A stretch of 64,000 bases of DNA, from positions 2,894,560-2,958,559 of the forward strand of contig OZ253375.1 in the NCBI GenBank assembly GCA_965261005.1, written 5' to 3'. This document shows, piece by piece, positions 35,043 through 47,016 of this stretch. The stretch's first letter is position 1. The number at the start of each line of letters is the position of its first letter. Source of the DNA: Deinococcus sp. (GTDB lineage: Bacteria; Deinococcota; Deinococci; Deinococcales; Deinococcaceae). A model generated the notes under the pieces. It had not been told where the DNA came from. It made no database searches and was given only the letters and a program-made list of their open reading frames with translations. Made by a program: the position numbers and the translations under genes.

Positions 35043-35738
35043 TCACTGGGTGGGCGTCACCGTCACCCGAATGACGCCGCTCACCTGCGGGTAGACGTAG
35101 CCGTCGTTGACCGGCCGCACCACGCCGTTGTCGCTCGGTTGGCGCGGCTTTTGGTTTGGCCCCACGCCCGGCCGCTCGTTCACCTCGGTGCCGGCGTCGA
35201 ACAGCACAATTTGGCCGGTCACGTCGCCGGACGCCGGCTGGCCGTCCGCACCGAAGAGGTTCAGGCCGTCGCCGGAAAAGTCGTAGAACAAGTCGTTGGA
35301 CTGCACGAACATGGTCGCGAAGGAGAGCCGGTCGCCGGGAACGGCGCTCACGTCGAAAGTGTAGGCGTCACCGGGCATCAAGGGACCGGGGGAGGTCGCG
35401 CCGACGGGCACGCTTGCCACCCCGCTGAGCGGCGCCTCGCCCTTCAGTTCGGCGGCCAGCGTGGCCGCGTTGCCGTCTTCGGCCACGCCCTCAAGGCCGC
35501 CGCTGGCCTTGGTATTCAGCGTCCAGATCGGATTGGCCCCAGTGTAGACAGCCCAGACGACGGGCGAGAGCGGAACCGCCACGGCGGTTTGGGGACCGCC
35601 CGGGGTGGCCAGGGTGGTCGGCGTCGAGACGTTCTGTACGCGAACTGTGAAGGTGGTTGCCCGCGGCGCCCCGGTGACGCCGGTGGAGCAGGCGGCGAGC
35701 ACGGCGCTCAGCGAACCGAGCAGCAACAGCTTGTTCAT
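35043..35738 (-). CDS. Spondin-domain lipoprotein
   Basis: Lipobox LAAC; LSPVVW.V, LE.VAEDG, ATMFVQSNDLF, LFDAGTEVN. Confidence 0.85.
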   Translation of the reverse strand: MNKLLLLGSLSAVLAACSTGVTGAPRATTFTVRVQNVSTPTTLATPGGPQTAVAVPLSPVVWAVYTGANPIWTLNTKASGGLEGVAEDGNAATLAAELKGEAPLSGVASVPVGATSPGPLMPGDAYTFDVSAVPGDRLSFATMFVQSNDLFYDFSGDGLNLFGADGQPASGDVTGQIVLFDAGTEVNERPGVGPNQKPRQPSDNGVVRPVNDGYVYPQVSGVIRVTVTPTQ

Positions 35739-35810
35739 AGCAGCTCCTTTGGGGCGCTGTATGGCGGGCGCCCTAAGAACAGTACGCCCCGGTACGGGCG
35801 CTGGGTTCAG

Positions 35811-37721
35811 CTACCTGTTCCCCGCCGTCAGCCACAATCGGGCGTAGGGCGGCAGAATCAGGGCGTCGCCCGCGTCAACGTACTCCCCGGTGATCCGGTC
35901 GCGCGCCAGCTCCAAGCCGCGGTCCCACAGCGGCCCCGCGTTCAGGCGCTGCTCGCGCTCGCTGAAATTGTAGACGGCCAGCAGGGTGCCCAGCGGGTGG
36001 GGACGCTCCAGCAGCAGGACCTGCGAATTGGGCGACGGTACCACCTTGCTCTCGACGGCGGCGTGAAGGTGCGGCGTGCTGACGCGCGCCCGGATCAACC
36101 GCGTCAGGCCCGCGAACAGCCGGCCCTCGACGGTGTCCGGCTGAAAGCGCTGCTCGGCCCGCGCCCAATCCATCAGCGGGCGGTGGACCCAGCGGTTGTC
36201 GCCCGCGTGTTCGGGATTCTCGGCGAAATGGTCATCGTTCAGGGTGGCGATCTCGTCGCCCATGTACAGCAGCGGGACGCCGCCGTAGCCCAGCACGACG
36301 GCGTGGCCCAGCAAGAGGCGCGCCAGGCTCAGCTCGATTTCCTCGGCGTTGTCTTCCCCCAGGGCGCGCTCCAGGCCCGCCAAACTGGCCGCCGAACCGC
36401 TGACGCGCCTGTCCCCCGTGCGCGGGTTGAGCTGAAAGACCAGGCCGCGCGCAAAGGACCCTTCGAACGCCCCGGTATAGAAGTCCGACAAAAAGCGGCG
36501 GTGCCCCTCGCCCGAAAAGCCGACCTGGGCCGCGTCCTCGTCCGAGATGGCCCAGCCGATGTCGTCGTGGCAGCGCAGGTACATGCCCCAAGCGGTGCTG
36601 GCCGGCTTGGGCGCAAAGGCCGAGAGGGCCGCCTCCATCAAACGCACGTCGCGCGTCGCCAGGCTCGACCAAATTTGGACCATCAGCGCGTTGTGGTAGG
36701 CCAGGTCCGAAACCTGGCCGTGGTGCGCCCCGCGCCCCAGGTAGAACAGCAAGTCTCCCGGCGCCACGATGGCCTCCGCCTTGAACACCACGGCGGGCGC
36801 CACGATGCGCGCCACCGCCCTGAGCGCCTGGGTGATGGCGTGGACCTCGGGCTGGTTTTGGCAGTTGGTTCCCAGCCGCTTCCAGATAAAGGCGATGGCG
36901 TCCAGCCGGAAGACCTCCACCCCCTTGCCCGCGAGAAACAGGATCAGCTCGGCGAACTCCACGAACACGTCGGGGTTGCCCCAATTGAGGTCCCATTGGT
37001 AGCGGTTGAAGGTGGTCCAGACCCAGGCCGCACTGTCCGGGTCCCAAGTGAAGTTGCCGGGGGCGAAGTCGGGAAAGACCTCCGGTAGGGTCTTTTCGTA
37101 CTGATCGGGCAACGTGCGGTCGGGGAAGAGGTGGAAGTAGTCGCGGTACTTTTCTTCCCCGGCCCTGGCCTGTTCTGCCCAGTCGTGCTCCATCGCCACG
37201 TGGTTCATCACCAGGTCGAGGCACAAGCTGATCCCGCTTTTCCGCAGCCGGGCTGCGAGGCGCTCCAAGTCGGCCATGCTGCCCAGGTCTGCTCGCACCT
37301 CGCGGTAGTCCTGCACCGCGTAGCCGCCGTCGTTTTCCCCCGCGCGCGGCTGGAGGAGGGGCATCAAATGCAGGTAGCGCACGCCCAACTCTTCGAGGTA
37401 CGGTACGCGTTCCCGCACCCCATTCAGGTCCCCGGCGAAGCGCTCGGCGTAGCACGAGTAGCCGATCATCTCGGGCTTTTGGAACCAGTCGGGCGACAAC
37501 AATCTCGCCTCGTCAAGGCGCTTAAGGTCGCTTGGCCGCTCGCGGTAAGCGCGCAGCATCACGCCGAGCAGCCGCTCCATCACGGCGGGGGCGTCGGGGT
37601 AGACCGCGCTGAGGCCGGTCAGCAGCTGTTCCCCATAGCGGGCCAGGCGCAGCTCAAAGGTCTGAGCATCGTGGGCGTCCTTCAGCTCGGCGAGAATACG
37701 GTCTTGGTCAGTCTCCGACAC
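35811..37721 (-). CDS. Amylosucrase-like GH13 enzyme
   Basis: [46 protein letters not shown]. Confidence 0.9.
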   Translation of the reverse strand: MSETDQDRILAELKDAHDAQTFELRLARYGEQLLTGLSAVYPDAPAVMERLLGVMLRAYRERPSDLKRLDEARLLSPDWFQKPEMIGYSCYAERFAGDLNGVRERVPYLEELGVRYLHLMPLLQPRAGENDGGYAVQDYREVRADLGSMADLERLAARLRKSGISLCLDLVMNHVAMEHDWAEQARAGEEKYRDYFHLFPDRTLPDQYEKTLPEVFPDFAPGNFTWDPDSAAWVWTTFNRYQWDLNWGNPDVFVEFAELILFLAGKGVEVFRLDAIAFIWKRLGTNCQNQPEVHAITQALRAVARIVAPAVVFKAEAIVAPGDLLFYLGRGAHHGQVSDLAYHNALMVQIWSSLATRDVRLMEAALSAFAPKPASTAWGMYLRCHDDIGWAISDEDAAQVGFSGEGHRRFLSDFYTGAFEGSFARGLVFQLNPRTGDRRVSGSAASLAGLERALGEDNAEEIELSLARLLLGHAVVLGYGGVPLLYMGDEIATLNDDHFAENPEHAGDNRWVHRPLMDWARAEQRFQPDTVEGRLFAGLTRLIRARVSTPHLHAAVESKVVPSPNSQVLLLERPHPLGTLLAVYNFSEREQRLNAGPLWDRGLELARDRITGEYVDAGDALILPPYARLWLTAGNR

Positions 37722-37799
37722 GCCTCACATCATACGAAAGGCCGCCTTGCGGGATACGTCACACAGTTGGGCCTCGCCCCACGCGTTTAGGCTCCCCTT

Positions 37800-38774
37800 A
37801 TGAAAGCCGTCCGAATTCACCAGCCCGGCGACGCCGGGTCCATGCAGCTCGAAGATGTGCCCGTTCCGCAGCCCGGCGCGGGCGAGGCGCGCGTCAAGCT
37901 GACCTACGCTGGCCTCAACTTCATCGACGTCTACCAACGCTCGGGACTCTACAAGCTGCCGCTGCCGTTCACCCTCGGGCGCGAGGGGGTGGGCACGCTG
38001 GACGCGTTGGGGGCGGGAGAGACGTATGGGCTGGAGGTCGGCCAGCGGGTCGCCTTTGCCATGCAGGGCGGCAGCTACGCCGAGTACGCGGCCGTGCCCA
38101 GTGAGACCTTGGTGCCGCTGCCGGACGGGGTGAGCGACCAGCAGGCGGCGGGCGTGATGCTCCAGGGCATGACCGCGCACTACCTGGCCCGCAGCACCTC
38201 CGCGCTCAAGGAGGGCGACACCTGCCTGATCCACGCGGCGGCGGGCGGGGTGGGCAGCCTGCTGGTCCAGATCGCCAAGCTGGCGGGCGCGCGGGTGATC
38301 GGCACGGCGGGCAGCCGCGAAAAGGCCGACCTGGCGCGGGCGGACGGGGCGGATGAGGTGATCCTCTACCGCGAAACGGACTTCGAGGAGGGGGTGAGGC
38401 GGCTGACCGATAATAAGGGCGTGCAAGTCGTGTACGACTCGGTCGGCAAGGACACCTTTTTGAAGGGTCTGAACGTGCTCGCGCCGCGCGGCTTGATGGT
38501 GCTGTTCGGGGCTTCGAGCGGCCCGGTTGAGCCGCTCGATCCGCAGGTCCTCAACCACAAGGGGTCCCTCTACCTCACGCGCCCGAGCCTCGCGCACTAC
38601 ACCCTGACCCGCGAGGAGTTGCTGTGGCGTACGGGCGAGCTGTTCGGCTGGCTGATGAACGGCCAGCTGAAGGCGCGCCTGGACCAGGTGTTTCCCCTGG
38701 CGGGGGTCGCGGACGCCCACCGCTACATGGAGGCCGGACGGACGAGGGGCAAAGTTCTGCTGAGCATCGCCTGA
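37800..38774 (+). CDS. qor: NADPH:quinone oxidoreductase (zeta-crystallin family)
   Basis: GLNFIDVYQRSGLY, HAAAGGVG, YDSVGKDTF, GSLYLTRPSL. Confidence 0.9.
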   Translation: MKAVRIHQPGDAGSMQLEDVPVPQPGAGEARVKLTYAGLNFIDVYQRSGLYKLPLPFTLGREGVGTLDALGAGETYGLEVGQRVAFAMQGGSYAEYAAVPSETLVPLPDGVSDQQAAGVMLQGMTAHYLARSTSALKEGDTCLIHAAAGGVGSLLVQIAKLAGARVIGTAGSREKADLARADGADEVILYRETDFEEGVRRLTDNKGVQVVYDSVGKDTFLKGLNVLAPRGLMVLFGASSGPVEPLDPQVLNHKGSLYLTRPSLAHYTLTREELLWRTGELFGWLMNGQLKARLDQVFPLAGVADAHRYMEAGRTRGKVLLSIA

Positions 38775-40508
38775 ATGCCGCCCTTCGCGATTGGCGACCT
38801 CGCCCTGCTGGGCGACCGCCGCACCGCCGCCCTCGTCACGCGCGCCGGCAACGTGGTGTGGTACTGCCCCGGCCGCTTCGACGCGCCCGCGCTGCTGGGC
38901 GCCTTGTTGGACGAGGAGCAGGGAGGCCTGTGGGCGCTGGAGTTGAGCGGCGCCGAGTTCGCGTCCCGAACGTATCTGGAGGACAGCGGCGTGCTGGAAA
39001 CCCGCCTGAACGCTTCCGGCGGCGAGTTGCGCGTCACCGACTTCATGCCGTTGGGGCAGGGAACGCCGCCCGCGCTGTGCCGCCTGTTTTCGGGGACGCC
39101 GGGGGAGCTGCGCCTGATCCTGACGCCCCGGCCCGACTACGCCCGCCGTTCGCCCGAGCTGCGCGCCGAGAGAAGTTGTGTTGTGGTGGACGGACGGCAC
39201 TTCCTGTACGCCTCGCACCCCCTCAAGATCGCCGGCGAGGAGGTCAGCTTCACGGTGCCGGCGGGGGAGCGCGGCTGGGCCGTGCTGGCGGACGCGCCGC
39301 TGCCGGACCCGCAGGAGGCGGACCTGTTGGCTTGGCAGGAGGCGACCCTGCATGAGTGGCGCAGGGTTGCCCGGCACGCCAGCTACCACGGTCCCTACCA
39401 GCGCGAGGTGCGGGCCTCGTTGCGCGCGCTGCGCCTCTTGACCTACGGTGAAACCGGGGGCGTGATCGCGGCCCCGACCACCTCGCTGCCGGAAGTTCTG
39501 GGCGGGACGAGCAACTGGGACTACCGCTACGTGTGGCTGCGCGACGCCGGCATGATCGTCAGCGCCCTGACGCGGGCCGGCAGCGACGGCACCGAGGAGC
39601 GGCGCTTCTTAAAGTTCATCTGTGGCTGGATGCCGCAACAAGACGGCTTGTGGCTGCCGCGTGAGGACGGTCTGCCGCTGGCCCCCTGCTCCAGCGTGAC
39701 CGGGGAGCCGGTGCCCGCCGAGGAGACGCTTCCCCTGGCCGGCTACCGGGGCAGCGCCCCGGTTCGAATCGGCAACGGCGCCCGCGCCCAGCGCCAACTC
39801 GACGCCTACGCCAACGTGCTGCTGGCCGCCAAGGTGATTTACGGCCGCTTCGGCACCCGCGAACATTGGTCCGTGGTGGAGCGGGTGGCCGAGTACCTGG
39901 CCGCCACTTGGCGCGAGCCGGACTACGGCATCTGGGAGGAGCGGACGCCGCGCCAGCACGTCAGCGGCAAGGTGATCAGCGCCGTGGCGCTGGAATACAT
40001 CGCCGAGCACGCGGATCATCAGGAACAGGCGGCGCGCTGGCGGGCGGCGGCGCGCGACATGCGCGCCTGGGTCTCTCGGTATGGCCTCACCTCGGAAGGT
40101 GCCTACGCCGCCGTGGCCGGCGAGGAGGGGGTGGACGTGACCGCCGCCCTTTACCCGGTGTGGGGCTACTGCGCCCCCGACACGCCCGAGATGCTGGCGA
40201 CCATTGCCCTCTTGGAGCGCGACCACTGCGAAAATCACCTCTACCGGCGCACTCTTCAGGACGCCCAGGGACAGGAGGGCGCCTTTTTGGCCGCCACCTG
40301 CTGGGTCGCGCAGTACTGGGTCATGCGCGACGTGGAACGGGCGCACGCCATTTTGGAGGCGGTCCTGGCCTGCGCGAGCGACCTCGGGTTGCTGCCCGAG
40401 GAGGCCGACCCCATGACCGCAAGCGCGCTGGGCAACCTGCCGCAGTCCTTTGTCCACGCCTCGCTGATCGGCGCCGTGATCGACCTCAAGGCGGCGCTCT
40501 CGGGGTAG
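38775..40508 (+). CDS. Glycoside hydrolase family 15 (trehalase/glucoamylase-like)
   Basis: AAPTTSLPE, NWDYRYVWLRD, GIWE, LGNLPQSFVH. Confidence 0.9.
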   Translation: MPPFAIGDLALLGDRRTAALVTRAGNVVWYCPGRFDAPALLGALLDEEQGGLWALELSGAEFASRTYLEDSGVLETRLNASGGELRVTDFMPLGQGTPPALCRLFSGTPGELRLILTPRPDYARRSPELRAERSCVVVDGRHFLYASHPLKIAGEEVSFTVPAGERGWAVLADAPLPDPQEADLLAWQEATLHEWRRVARHASYHGPYQREVRASLRALRLLTYGETGGVIAAPTTSLPEVLGGTSNWDYRYVWLRDAGMIVSALTRAGSDGTEERRFLKFICGWMPQQDGLWLPREDGLPLAPCSSVTGEPVPAEETLPLAGYRGSAPVRIGNGARAQRQLDAYANVLLAAKVIYGRFGTREHWSVVERVAEYLAATWREPDYGIWEERTPRQHVSGKVISAVALEYIAEHADHQEQAARWRAAARDMRAWVSRYGLTSEGAYAAVAGEEGVDVTAALYPVWGYCAPDTPEMLATIALLERDHCENHLYRRTLQDAQGQEGAFLAATCWVAQYWVMRDVERAHAILEAVLACASDLGLLPEEADPMTASALGNLPQSFVHASLIGAVIDLKAALSG

Positions 40509-40529
40509 GCGCTTGCTATCCTGCCCGGT

Positions 40530-41993
<1,464 letters not shown>

Positions 41994-42058
41994 GGGCGCC
42001 GTGAAGGCCACCGGATTGACCGAGCGGCGGGCTTTCATCTGATAGGTGAAGATGGGGC

Positions 42059-42730
42059 ATGCTGCGCGCCATTGAACGCTGGATCAACCGCAGCGACACG
42101 CCCACCACCCGGCTGGGCGCCGCGTCATTGATGGCCGCCCTGAGCGCCGCTTGGCTGTGGCTGTGGCCGAACAGCTTTCCAATCGAGTTCGGGTTGCTGG
42201 TGGTGTGGCTCACGTACAGCCTTACCTTTTTGCTGCTGGCCTGGCTGGTGATTCTCACCACCGACGCCGCCGAGACCTACGCCAGCGCCACCCGCCAAGA
42301 CGACGCCCGCTCGCTGGGCCGCTGGCTGCTGATGTTGCCCAGCGGGGTCAGCTTGGTCGTGACGCTGCTGGCCCTGGTTCGCGCGAACGCCCTCAAGAAC
42401 ACGCCGGCCGAATTTCAGTTGACGGCGGCGGCCATTCTGTCGGTGGTGACGGCTTGGGGCGTGTTGCACACCGCCTACACCCTGCACTACGCCTATCTCT
42501 TTCACCAAGGTGGCGCGGGCGGGGTGCAGTTTGAGGGTTCGGACAAGCCCGTCTACCTCGACTTCGCCTACCTCGCCTTTACCGTCGGCATGACCTACCA
42601 AGTGTCCGACACCGACCTTCAGAACCCCACCTTCCGGCGCGCCGTGCTGGGCCACGAACTGCTGTCGTACCTCTACGGCACGGCGGTGATCGCGCTGAGC
42701 ATCAACGTGGTCTCGAATCTGCTGGAGTAA
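42059..42730 (+). CDS. DUF1345 membrane protein
   Basis: LHYA, DFAYLAFTVGMTYQVSDT. Confidence 0.85.
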   Translation: MLRAIERWINRSDTPTTRLGAASLMAALSAAWLWLWPNSFPIEFGLLVVWLTYSLTFLLLAWLVILTTDAAETYASATRQDDARSLGRWLLMLPSGVSLVVTLLALVRANALKNTPAEFQLTAAAILSVVTAWGVLHTAYTLHYAYLFHQGGAGGVQFEGSDKPVYLDFAYLAFTVGMTYQVSDTDLQNPTFRRAVLGHELLSYLYGTAVIALSINVVSNLLE

Positions 42731-42733
42731 CAC

Positions 42734-42766
42734 AAAAAAAGCCCCTCCCCCGCAAGGGGGAGGGGT
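42734..42766. terminator. Terminator / REP-like hairpin between convergent genes
   Basis: A-tract followed by CCCCTCCCCC-GCAA-GGGGGAGGGG. Confidence 0.8.
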
Positions 42767-42781
42767 TGGAAGGGGGTTCGT

Positions 42782-43516
42782 TCAGCCTTCCTGACCGCTC
42801 TCGCCCGTCTCGGCCTGCACGGCGGCCTCCGCCTCTTCGGCGTCACCCTTGATCTCCTCCAGGCTGGTTTCGCCGGCGGAGATCGCCTCGACCTGCTCCT
42901 CGCTGAGTTCGCCGGAGGCCAGCATGCCCGCCACGGCGGCGGCCTCTTCCTCGGCGGCCAGCTCCGCGTCGGTCATGCGCGGCGGCAGCACCGTCACGAC
43001 CAGCTGCTCGGGGGTGGTGACCAGCTTGCAGCCTTCCGGCAGCGTGATGTCGCCGGCCGTGACGTGATCGCCGATGGCAAGCCGGGAGACGTCCACCACG
43101 ATTTCCTCGGGAATGCGGCGCGGTCCCGGCGCCACGATTTGCAGGGTGTGCAGCACGATGTCGAGCAGGCCACCCTGGGTCACGCCGGGCGCGTTGCCCA
43201 CCGTGTGCACCGGCACCGGCACCTCGATCTCCTGCCCGTAGGTGACCAGGTAAAAGTCGGCGTGAACGGGCTTTCTCTTCCTGGGGTCCATCTGCACGCT
43301 CTTGACCAGCGCCGCCAGCGTCTCACCGCCTTGGATTGCAATCTCGACCAGGCCGTGGGTGCTTTGCTCGCGAAAGACGCGGTCAAAAGCGCGCGCCTCG
43401 ACGGCAAAGCTCACGTTTTGGTCCTTGTTGTAGGCCACGGCGGGCAGGTAGCCCTCGGGCAGCTTTTCTCCGGCCGCGCGCGACCGGGCTTTCAGTTCCG
43501 TTACAGCCACAGACAA
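42782..43516 (-). CDS. rplY: 50S ribosomal protein L25 / general stress protein Ctc
   Basis: PAVAY, VKSVQMDP...HADFY, GVTQGGLL, IPEEIVVDVS.L.IGD; start may be GTG 43510. Confidence 0.92.
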   Translation of the reverse strand: MSVAVTELKARSRAAGEKLPEGYLPAVAYNKDQNVSFAVEARAFDRVFREQSTHGLVEIAIQGGETLAALVKSVQMDPRKRKPVHADFYLVTYGQEIEVPVPVHTVGNAPGVTQGGLLDIVLHTLQIVAPGPRRIPEEIVVDVSRLAIGDHVTAGDITLPEGCKLVTTPEQLVVTVLPPRMTDAELAAEEEAAAVAGMLASGELSEEQVEAISAGETSLEEIKGDAEEAEAAVQAETGESGQEG

Positions 43517-43598
43517 CCTCCAAAGTTGTTTCTCAATCGCCTGCTCGTCGGCAAGTCAACTTTGTCAGTGTAGCAGCGATCCGGCGGGGGGAACAATC

Positions 43599-44522
43599 TT
43601 ACCTGACCAGCGCCGCGCTCAGATCGGCCTCGGTGATGGGACGGGCTTGGGCGCCGACCTTGGTAGCCGCGAGGGCGCCGGCGGCGTTGGCGGCGCGGGC
43701 CGCCTCGGGCAGCGGCTTGCCGCTCAGGATGGCGTGCGCGAAGACCGCCACAAAGGTGTCGCCGGCGCCGGTGCTGTCCACCACGTCCTCAATCGGAATG
43801 GACTCGATCAGCTCGGTGTCCTCGGGCGTCCAGACGATGGACCCCATCGCGCCGACCTTCACGATCACCTTGCCGGCCCCGCGTTCGCGCAAGACCGCCA
43901 AGGCGGCGCTGATCGAGGCCGTGCCGGTCAGGGCCAGCAACTCGCGCTGGTTGAGCAGCAGGTAGTCGGCCCCCAGCACGCTGTCCATCAGACGTTCGCC
44001 GGCGGCGTTGACCGCGCCGGTGCCGAGGTCCACGAAGATCGGCACGCTCGCCTTGGCGGCGTGGGTCATGGCGCGAATGGCGTACTCGCGCTGCGGCCCG
44101 CCGATCAGGCTGTAGGCCGAGACGATCAGGGCGTCGCTGCCCTCCACGTCCTTTTTCTTCAGCTTGGCGGCGTCGAGCTGACGGTTGGCCGCCCCCGACG
44201 AGATCATGGCGCGCTTGCCGTCGAGCGTTTGCATCACGGTGATGGTGGAGGTGAGGTGGTCGGGGTCGGTCTGAATGGCCCCGGCCCCCACGCCGCTTTC
44301 GCGCACCAGCTTGAGGGCGTAATCGGCGAAGGGGTCGTCGCCGACGCGGGCGGCCAGCCAAACCGCGTGCCCCAAGCGGGCCAGCGTCACGCTGATGGTG
44401 CCGCCTGCCCCGCCGGGCTGCATGGAGGCGCGCAGCGGCGAGATCTCCTCGCCGGGGGCGGGAATGCGCTCCAAGTGGTACAAGTGATCGACGGTCACAT
44501 CACCGATGACGAAAAACTTCAC
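43599..44522 (-). CDS. PfkB family carbohydrate kinase
   Basis: GGAGG..S..LARLG, VVDSTGAGDTF. Confidence 0.9.
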   Translation of the reverse strand: MKFFVIGDVTVDHLYHLERIPAPGEEISPLRASMQPGGAGGTISVTLARLGHAVWLAARVGDDPFADYALKLVRESGVGAGAIQTDPDHLTSTITVMQTLDGKRAMISSGAANRQLDAAKLKKKDVEGSDALIVSAYSLIGGPQREYAIRAMTHAAKASVPIFVDLGTGAVNAAGERLMDSVLGADYLLLNQRELLALTGTASISAALAVLRERGAGKVIVKVGAMGSIVWTPEDTELIESIPIEDVVDSTGAGDTFVAVFAHAILSGKPLPEAARAANAAGALAATKVGAQARPITEADLSAALVR

Positions 44523-44595
44523 TGTGACCTCCCGGTCCGGCCCACGCCGCGCGGCGACGAAGCGCACGCGCGAACCGCTGTTGCAAATGATTGAA

Positions 44596-45441
44596 TTATG
44601 GTAACACGCCCAGCGCGTCCGCGAGCGCCCGCATGGCGGGAAGCGGCACGTCCTCGGCGCGGGCGTTCGCGGCGATGCCCACTTCCGCCAAGGCGCGCTC
44701 GGTCAGCTGCGGCTCGAAGCCGCCTAGACGCAGGTTGTTGTACAGGGTTTTGCGGCGGTGGTGAAGGGCCGCCGAGAGCAACCGTACAAGGCCCGCGTCG
44801 GGCTTTTGTCCCGTAAAGTCCAACCGGACCACGCTGGAGGTGACGTCCGGCGCCGGGTAAAAGGCGCCCTTCGGCACGTCCCGCAGCGCCCGCGCCGAAC
44901 CGTACAAGCTGGTGAGGGCGCTCAGAAAGCCGTAGCCCGCCTCGCCGGGCTGGGCGACCAAGCGCTGTGCCACCTCGCGCTGGACCAGCGCCGTCGCGCT
45001 CGCGAAGCGTCCGCTCTCCATCAAGCGCGTCAGCAGGGCCGTGGAGATGTAGTACGGCAAGTTGGCGATCACCCGGCTGCCGGGGGGCACCTGGGTGAAG
45101 TCGAACTTGAGCGCGTCTCCCCACACGACCTGCACGTCCAGGCCCGCCAAGGTTTCCTCCAGCACCGGCCGCAGCCGCTCGTCTTTTTCGAGGGCGGTCA
45201 CGTGTGCGCCGCGCGCCGCGAGTTCGCGGGTCAGCACGCCGAGGCCGGGACCGATTTCTAGGACGCGCTCTCCCGGCGCCGCCCCGCCCGCCTCGGCGAT
45301 GGCGCGCAGCACGTTGCCGTCCACCAAAAAGTTCTGTCCCAAACTCTTGCTGGGCCGCAGCCCGTGGCGCCCCAACAGCTCGCGCACGGTTTTGGGCGAG
45401 TAGAGCGGTGGGGAAGAGGGGGAAGAGGCGGTCTCGGTCAC
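44596..45441 (-). CDS. rsmA: 16S rRNA m6,2A dimethyltransferase
   Basis: KSLGQNFL, LEIGPGLG, ANLPYYIST, FYPAPDVTS. Confidence 0.96.
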   Translation of the reverse strand: MTETASSPSSPPLYSPKTVRELLGRHGLRPSKSLGQNFLVDGNVLRAIAEAGGAAPGERVLEIGPGLGVLTRELAARGAHVTALEKDERLRPVLEETLAGLDVQVVWGDALKFDFTQVPPGSRVIANLPYYISTALLTRLMESGRFASATALVQREVAQRLVAQPGEAGYGFLSALTSLYGSARALRDVPKGAFYPAPDVTSSVVRLDFTGQKPDAGLVRLLSAALHHRRKTLYNNLRLGGFEPQLTERALAEVGIAANARAEDVPLPAMRALADALGVLP

Positions 45442-45502
45442 GCTTCCAGTATGGCGGCGCGCCCGCAAGCGGGGTGAGACTGAGGTTTAAGCGGGTCCGG
45501 GT

Positions 45503-46024
45503 CTAGGCGGGTCGGGCTTCCAGCCGCGTCTCCAACTCACGCAACGCTTGTGGCGCGGGCACCTTCAACGCCCCGGCGAGTTCATCGGCGACGGCCCCTT
45601 TGGCCTGGTCCAACAGCGTGAACTCGCTGCCCGCGAGGCCGCGCCGGACTTGGCGGCGCGTCAGGGTGGTGCATAAACGGGCCAGCTCGTACACGTCGCC
45701 GCCTTCCAGCGCGGCCTGCTCGCGCCGGTAGCGCGCTTGAAATCCCTCCGGCAGCGCCAAGTCCGCCTCCTCAAGCGCGGCGTACAGGGCCGGCAGGTCC
45801 GCCGCCGTGAGCGCGCGCCGCAGCCCCAGCGCGGCGGCCCGCGCCACCGGCACCAGCAGCTGCATGGCGCCGACGTTCAGCTCGACCTCGTAGTACTGGC
45901 GGGCCTGGCCGCCCACCGCGTGCTCGCTCAGGGCGCGCACCACGCCGGCGCCGTGCCGGGGATAGACCACCGCGTCGCCGGGCGCGAAGACGGCCGCGCC
46001 GGTTGTCTCTACACCTGTGTTCAC
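45503..46024 (-). CDS. CarD family transcription regulator
   Basis: F.PGDAVVYPRHGAG, LLVPV....LGLR. Confidence 0.85.
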   Translation of the reverse strand: MNTGVETTGAAVFAPGDAVVYPRHGAGVVRALSEHAVGGQARQYYEVELNVGAMQLLVPVARAAALGLRRALTAADLPALYAALEEADLALPEGFQARYRREQAALEGGDVYELARLCTTLTRRQVRRGLAGSEFTLLDQAKGAVADELAGALKVPAPQALRELETRLEARPA

Positions 46025-46173
46025 GCTATCCGCCCCCTTCGCAAGGGTTCAACACGCCGGGAAGTCACACCAAGGCATACGCGCGCTGTCGGCTTTTGGA
46101 TGGGCGCGTTCCTGGGTGGACACGTTCACCTGCCGCTCAAGCGCGCGCCGTGGGCTTGCTTTATCCTGTGGGC

Positions 46174-47016
46174 ATGACCGAGCCGGCCTCTTGGCAAGAC
46201 AGCCTGCGCGCGCAGCATTTTGAGCGGGCGGCGGCGCAAGCGCGCTTGGCGGGCGCGCCGGGCAGCTTGTTGGCGCCGCTCGACGACTTGGCGCGCGTTC
46301 AGCAGGAACTGCGCGACAAGCGCTACGGCCCGGCCCGGCGCGCGCTGGCCCAGATCCAACAGGAGCAATCCCAAGGCGACCCGATCCAAGGCGAGCCGGG
46401 CGGCGACCAGGAGTTTTCCGCTTTTCAGCTGAATGTCCCCGCCCTTCACGCGGCCGTCGCGGCCCTGGAGGAGGCCGAGCGTGCGCGGGTGGGGGACGTG
46501 GCCGAGCTGAAGGAGCGCCTCGCGCCCGCCCTAGCCCAGCCGCTCACGGCCCCCGAGGCGCACAACGCCCTCGGCGTGCTGCACGCCCTGCGGGGCGACC
46601 CGACCGCCGCGCGCGCCAGCTTCGACGCGGCCCTGGAAGCGGACGCGCGCCACCACCGCGCCCTGACCAATTTGGGCAACCTGTTGCTGGAGGGCGGCGA
46701 CGCGGCCAGCGCCGAAGGCTATTACCGCCGCGCGCTGGCCCTCAAGGAGGACTACCCCGGCGCCCATCACAATCTGGCCGTGGCGCTTCGGCGCCAGCGC
46801 AAGGTGGCGGCCTCGGTGCGCTCGCTCAAGACCAGCCAGCGCCTCAGCGCGCGCCAAGCCAACCAAGAAGGGCGCGAGGAGGCCCGCGCCCGTTTGGGCG
46901 AATTGGGCGGCCAGTTGGGCGGCGCCAAGCTGCTGGGGGGTAGGGGGGGCCGCACGGTTCTGACGGTAGCGCTGGTCGGCCTCGCCTTTGTGTTGCTGAG
47001 GGCTTTCGGTGGCTGA
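46174..47016 (+). CDS. TPR protein with C-terminal TM helix
   Basis: AHNALGVL, ALTNLGNL and AHHNLAVAL repeats. Confidence 0.8.
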   Translation: MTEPASWQDSLRAQHFERAAAQARLAGAPGSLLAPLDDLARVQQELRDKRYGPARRALAQIQQEQSQGDPIQGEPGGDQEFSAFQLNVPALHAAVAALEEAERARVGDVAELKERLAPALAQPLTAPEAHNALGVLHALRGDPTAARASFDAALEADARHHRALTNLGNLLLEGGDAASAEGYYRRALALKEDYPGAHHNLAVALRRQRKVAASVRSLKTSQRLSARQANQEGREEARARLGELGGQLGGAKLLGGRGGRTVLTVALVGLAFVLLRAFGG